Source of the DNA: an uncultured archaeon
GTDB lineage: Archaea; Asgardarchaeota; Heimdallarchaeia; Heimdallarchaeales; Heimdallarchaeaceae
Assembly: GCA_964549075.1 (NCBI GenBank)
Contig: CAZJUB010000084.1
Location: 1 to 11,306, forward strand
Direction of reading: 5' to 3'
Length of the DNA stretch: 11,306 bases
The notes beneath the pieces were generated by a model that saw only the letters and a program-made list of their open reading frames with translations, did not search any database and was not told the origin of the DNA. A program made the position numbers and the translations under genes. This document shows positions 9,251-11,306 of this stretch, piece after piece (position 1 is the stretch's first letter; every line of letters starts with the position of its first letter).

Positions 9251-9256
9251 ATGTTG

Positions 9257-9285
9257 AAAAAAAAGAAATGAGAAAGATCTCATTT
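9257..9285 (-). terminator. Hairpin plus U-tract terminator of the MFS gene
   Basis: 8-bp stem AAATGAGA-aaga-TCTCATTT (9266-9285), followed on the - strand by T8 (A-run 9257-9264). Confidence 0.65.
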
Positions 9286-10633
9286 ATTTCGCTAACACTA
9301 GATCATCTTCTTCTACACCAGTTCTTCTGACAAACATTGTACAAACTAAAGCAGCTACGAAAAAGATAATACAATATAGAAATAGAACATTAATATTTGT
9401 TGCATCAAAAATCGCCCCAGCGATAACTGGAGAAGCAATTGCTGATAGAGCTGAGAAGAAATAATAGAGACCTGTATATGTCCCCAATCTAGCTGTACCT
9501 GCAAGTTCCCAAACAACTACGATGCTATTGATATTTACAAATGCCCAGAACATTCCGCCAAAGAATAGCAGTATTCCATCAATAATAATTTCCCAAGTCC
9601 ATTTAAACGGTAGAAAATTAACTAAAACACGTAGAGAAGGAATGGGTACTAGTGAAAAGATGACTAGGGGGATCATTATCACAATCAATCCTATTAATCC
9701 TATAATCATCGTTTTCTTTCGACCTATTTTCTTAGCAATTAACCCAGCAGGAATTGCAAATATGATGAATGTAAGTGAGTATATACCTAGCAACATACTT
9801 GCATCGGCAGGATTAGTAATATTGACAAGATTTGCATTTGTAGCATATAGACTAAACCAAGTTTCAATAGCATTGAAAGCAAAAAACCAGAACAAGATTG
9901 CAAAAAGTATGAAAATCAGACTTCTATCTTTGTCCATAAACATATTTTTGACCGCATCTACTAATCTCACTTTTTCTGTTTCATCAACATCTTCTCTTTC
10001 TTTGTGTTCTCTAATATTAAAGTAGAGAGCAACTAAGCACAATACCATAACTATTGATACTATTACAAAAGATAAAGTAGGATTGATTTTATAAATTGCA
10101 GCCATGACGAAAAGTCCAATTAGAGCTCCAACTCCACCAAGTAAGTTAATAACCGCATTTCCTCTACTTCGATAATCTTTTGGCACCAAATCTGGCATTA
10201 ATGCAACTACAGGGGCTCGGTAAAGTGCCATAGAGATATTGAAACCACATATGACAATGATCAACAACCATAAGGTTTGATGAACTGTTGGTATCAATCC
10301 AAAGAAGAATGCAGCTATAGGGACACCTATCAAGATAAATGGCATCCTTCGTCCAAATTTTGTCCATATATTATCAGACACTTTTCCTATCCATGGTTGC
10401 ATCGTTATGGCTGCTATATTATCAAGTACCATTATTATACCTATGATTAGTTGTCCATTATCTAGATATCCTAACAGACTGTCCAAATATTTTGGTACAT
10501 AAATGTTAAACATCGACCATGTTATTGCTGTAGTGAAAAAACCTAAACCGATTACAGCAGTGTAAAGGTAGGAAAAACTCTTATGTTCTCTCGCATCAAT
10601 ATAATTCTGTTTAATTCTATTAAAGAATGACAT
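9284..10633 (-). CDS. MFS transporter, SLC45/sucrose-maltose (GPH-like) family
   Basis: About 12 hydrophobic segments; motif A variant QPWIGKVSDNIWTKFGRRMPF; RAPVVALMPDL; second repeat AGLIAKKIGRKK; GTYTGLYY. The sugar substrate is inferred from family only. Confidence 0.9.
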   Translation of the reverse strand: MSFFNRIKQNYIDAREHKSFSYLYTAVIGLGFFTTAITWSMFNIYVPKYLDSLLGYLDNGQLIIGIIMVLDNIAAITMQPWIGKVSDNIWTKFGRRMPFILIGVPIAAFFFGLIPTVHQTLWLLIIVICGFNISMALYRAPVVALMPDLVPKDYRSRGNAVINLLGGVGALIGLFVMAAIYKINPTLSFVIVSIVMVLCLVALYFNIREHKEREDVDETEKVRLVDAVKNMFMDKDRSLIFILFAILFWFFAFNAIETWFSLYATNANLVNITNPADASMLLGIYSLTFIIFAIPAGLIAKKIGRKKTMIIGLIGLIVIMIPLVIFSLVPIPSLRVLVNFLPFKWTWEIIIDGILLFFGGMFWAFVNINSIVVVWELAGTARLGTYTGLYYFFSALSAIASPVIAGAIFDATNINVLFLYCIIFFVAALVCTMFVRRTGVEEDDLVLAK

Positions 10634-10682
10634 AACATCAAGAAATGGAACTCATATTTAACCATTTTTCCCAGAAAAGTAC

Positions 10683-10695
10683 TATATATAAAAAA
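10683..10695 (-). promoter_or_regulatory. Candidate TATA box for the MFS gene (TTTTTATATATA on - strand)
   Basis: Strong TATA-like run about 50-60 bp upstream of ATG 10633, in the divergent intergenic region. Confidence 0.4.
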
Positions 10696-10874
10696 TAGGA
10701 TGGAACTATTTCAGCGTGAGCGTGGCGTTTAAAACATTTTTAGAAGTTTTATAGATCTTATTCCAATTATTAGAAGTACCCGAAAAAATTTTTAATGTGT
10801 GAGTAACTAATTCAAATAGCCCTAACTCAGCTTTTATATGTAAAGTTGAGAAAAATACTGTGATGTGATAGACA

Positions 10875-11306
10875 ATGGATCCTGAGAATCGTGGGAATAA
10901 CACCATAATTCATGATGATGATTTCAAGGAATCAGGTGCTATTATTCCATTGTCTCAACGAGATGCACTTATTGTTGAGATGTATGAAGATGGTTTATCT
11001 ACATATGAAATTTCAGAGCAATTAGATATTAATCGACACACAATCTCCAGAGTCCTCAAAGAAAATGAGATAGAAACCAGAACAATTGCTGATTATCACA
11101 AGTTTAAACATAATGATATTGAGCTGTTATTCAAAGAAGGAAAAAGCAAACACGAGATAGCTAAAGAGTTAGGAATAACATACTATACTGTAAGAAAAGT
11201 ACTTGAAGATAAAGGATTGATTCTCAATAAGAAAGATAGAGAAACAGTGGCCATTGCTCGTTATATCCAAATGAAAAATAAAGGCTATGAAAACGAGTAT
11301 ATAGCG
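10875..11306 (+). CDS. Tandem helix-turn-helix repeat DNA-binding protein (3'-truncated; absent from the ORF track)
   Basis: ATG 10875 is open to the window end (144 codons): MDPENRGNN...IVEMYEDGLSTYEISRALDINRHTISRVLKENEI...IELLFKEGKSKHEIAKELGITYYTVRKVLEDKGL...YIQMKNKGYENEYIA. Two full HTH units and the start of a third. TTTTATAT box near 10833-10840. Confidence 0.85.
   Translation, partial: MDPENRGNNTIIHDDDFKESGAIIPLSQRDALIVEMYEDGLSTYEISEQLDINRHTISRVLKENEIETRTIADYHKFKHNDIELLFKEGKSKHEIAKELGITYYTVRKVLEDKGLILNKKDRETVAIARYIQMKNKGYENEYIA

Noticed and set aside
9522-10367. ORFs 9522-10025 (+) and 10164-10367 (-) inside the MFS gene
   Set aside because: Antisense or alternative-frame by-products of a hydrophobic membrane-protein gene.
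10706-10906. 66-aa - strand ORF in the divergent intergenic region
   Set aside because: Overlaps the start and promoter of the better-supported HTH gene; no RBS or motif.

Overview
AT-rich prokaryotic chromosomal window that looks archaeal: TATA-like boxes, AGGTGA/AGGAGG/GAGGT ribosome-binding motifs and oligo-T terminators. An Asgard/Heimdallarchaeia-like source is my impression only and cannot be shown from this window. Gene order on the + strand: 5'-truncated hypothetical CDS; an oppD/oppF (dppD/dppF) peptide-ABC ATPase pair with no permease or binding-protein gene beside it, where OppF carries a hydrophobic membrane-hairpin insertion inside the nucleotide-binding domain; two tandem paralogous ~250-aa coiled-coil + C-terminal winged-helix proteins; and bacterial-type glutamate dehydrogenase gdhA. 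On the - strand: a 991-aa receiver-receiver/PPDK-type ATP-grasp/putative phospho-His protein convergent on gdhA, and a sugar-type MFS transporter. Divergent from the MFS gene is a 3'-truncated tandem-HTH protein missing from the ORF track. No RNA genes, CRISPR arrays or mobile elements were seen. Best candidates for undescribed biology: the dikinase-fold signalling protein next to GDH, the coiled-coil/winged-helix heterodimer pair, and the membrane-anchored OppF.
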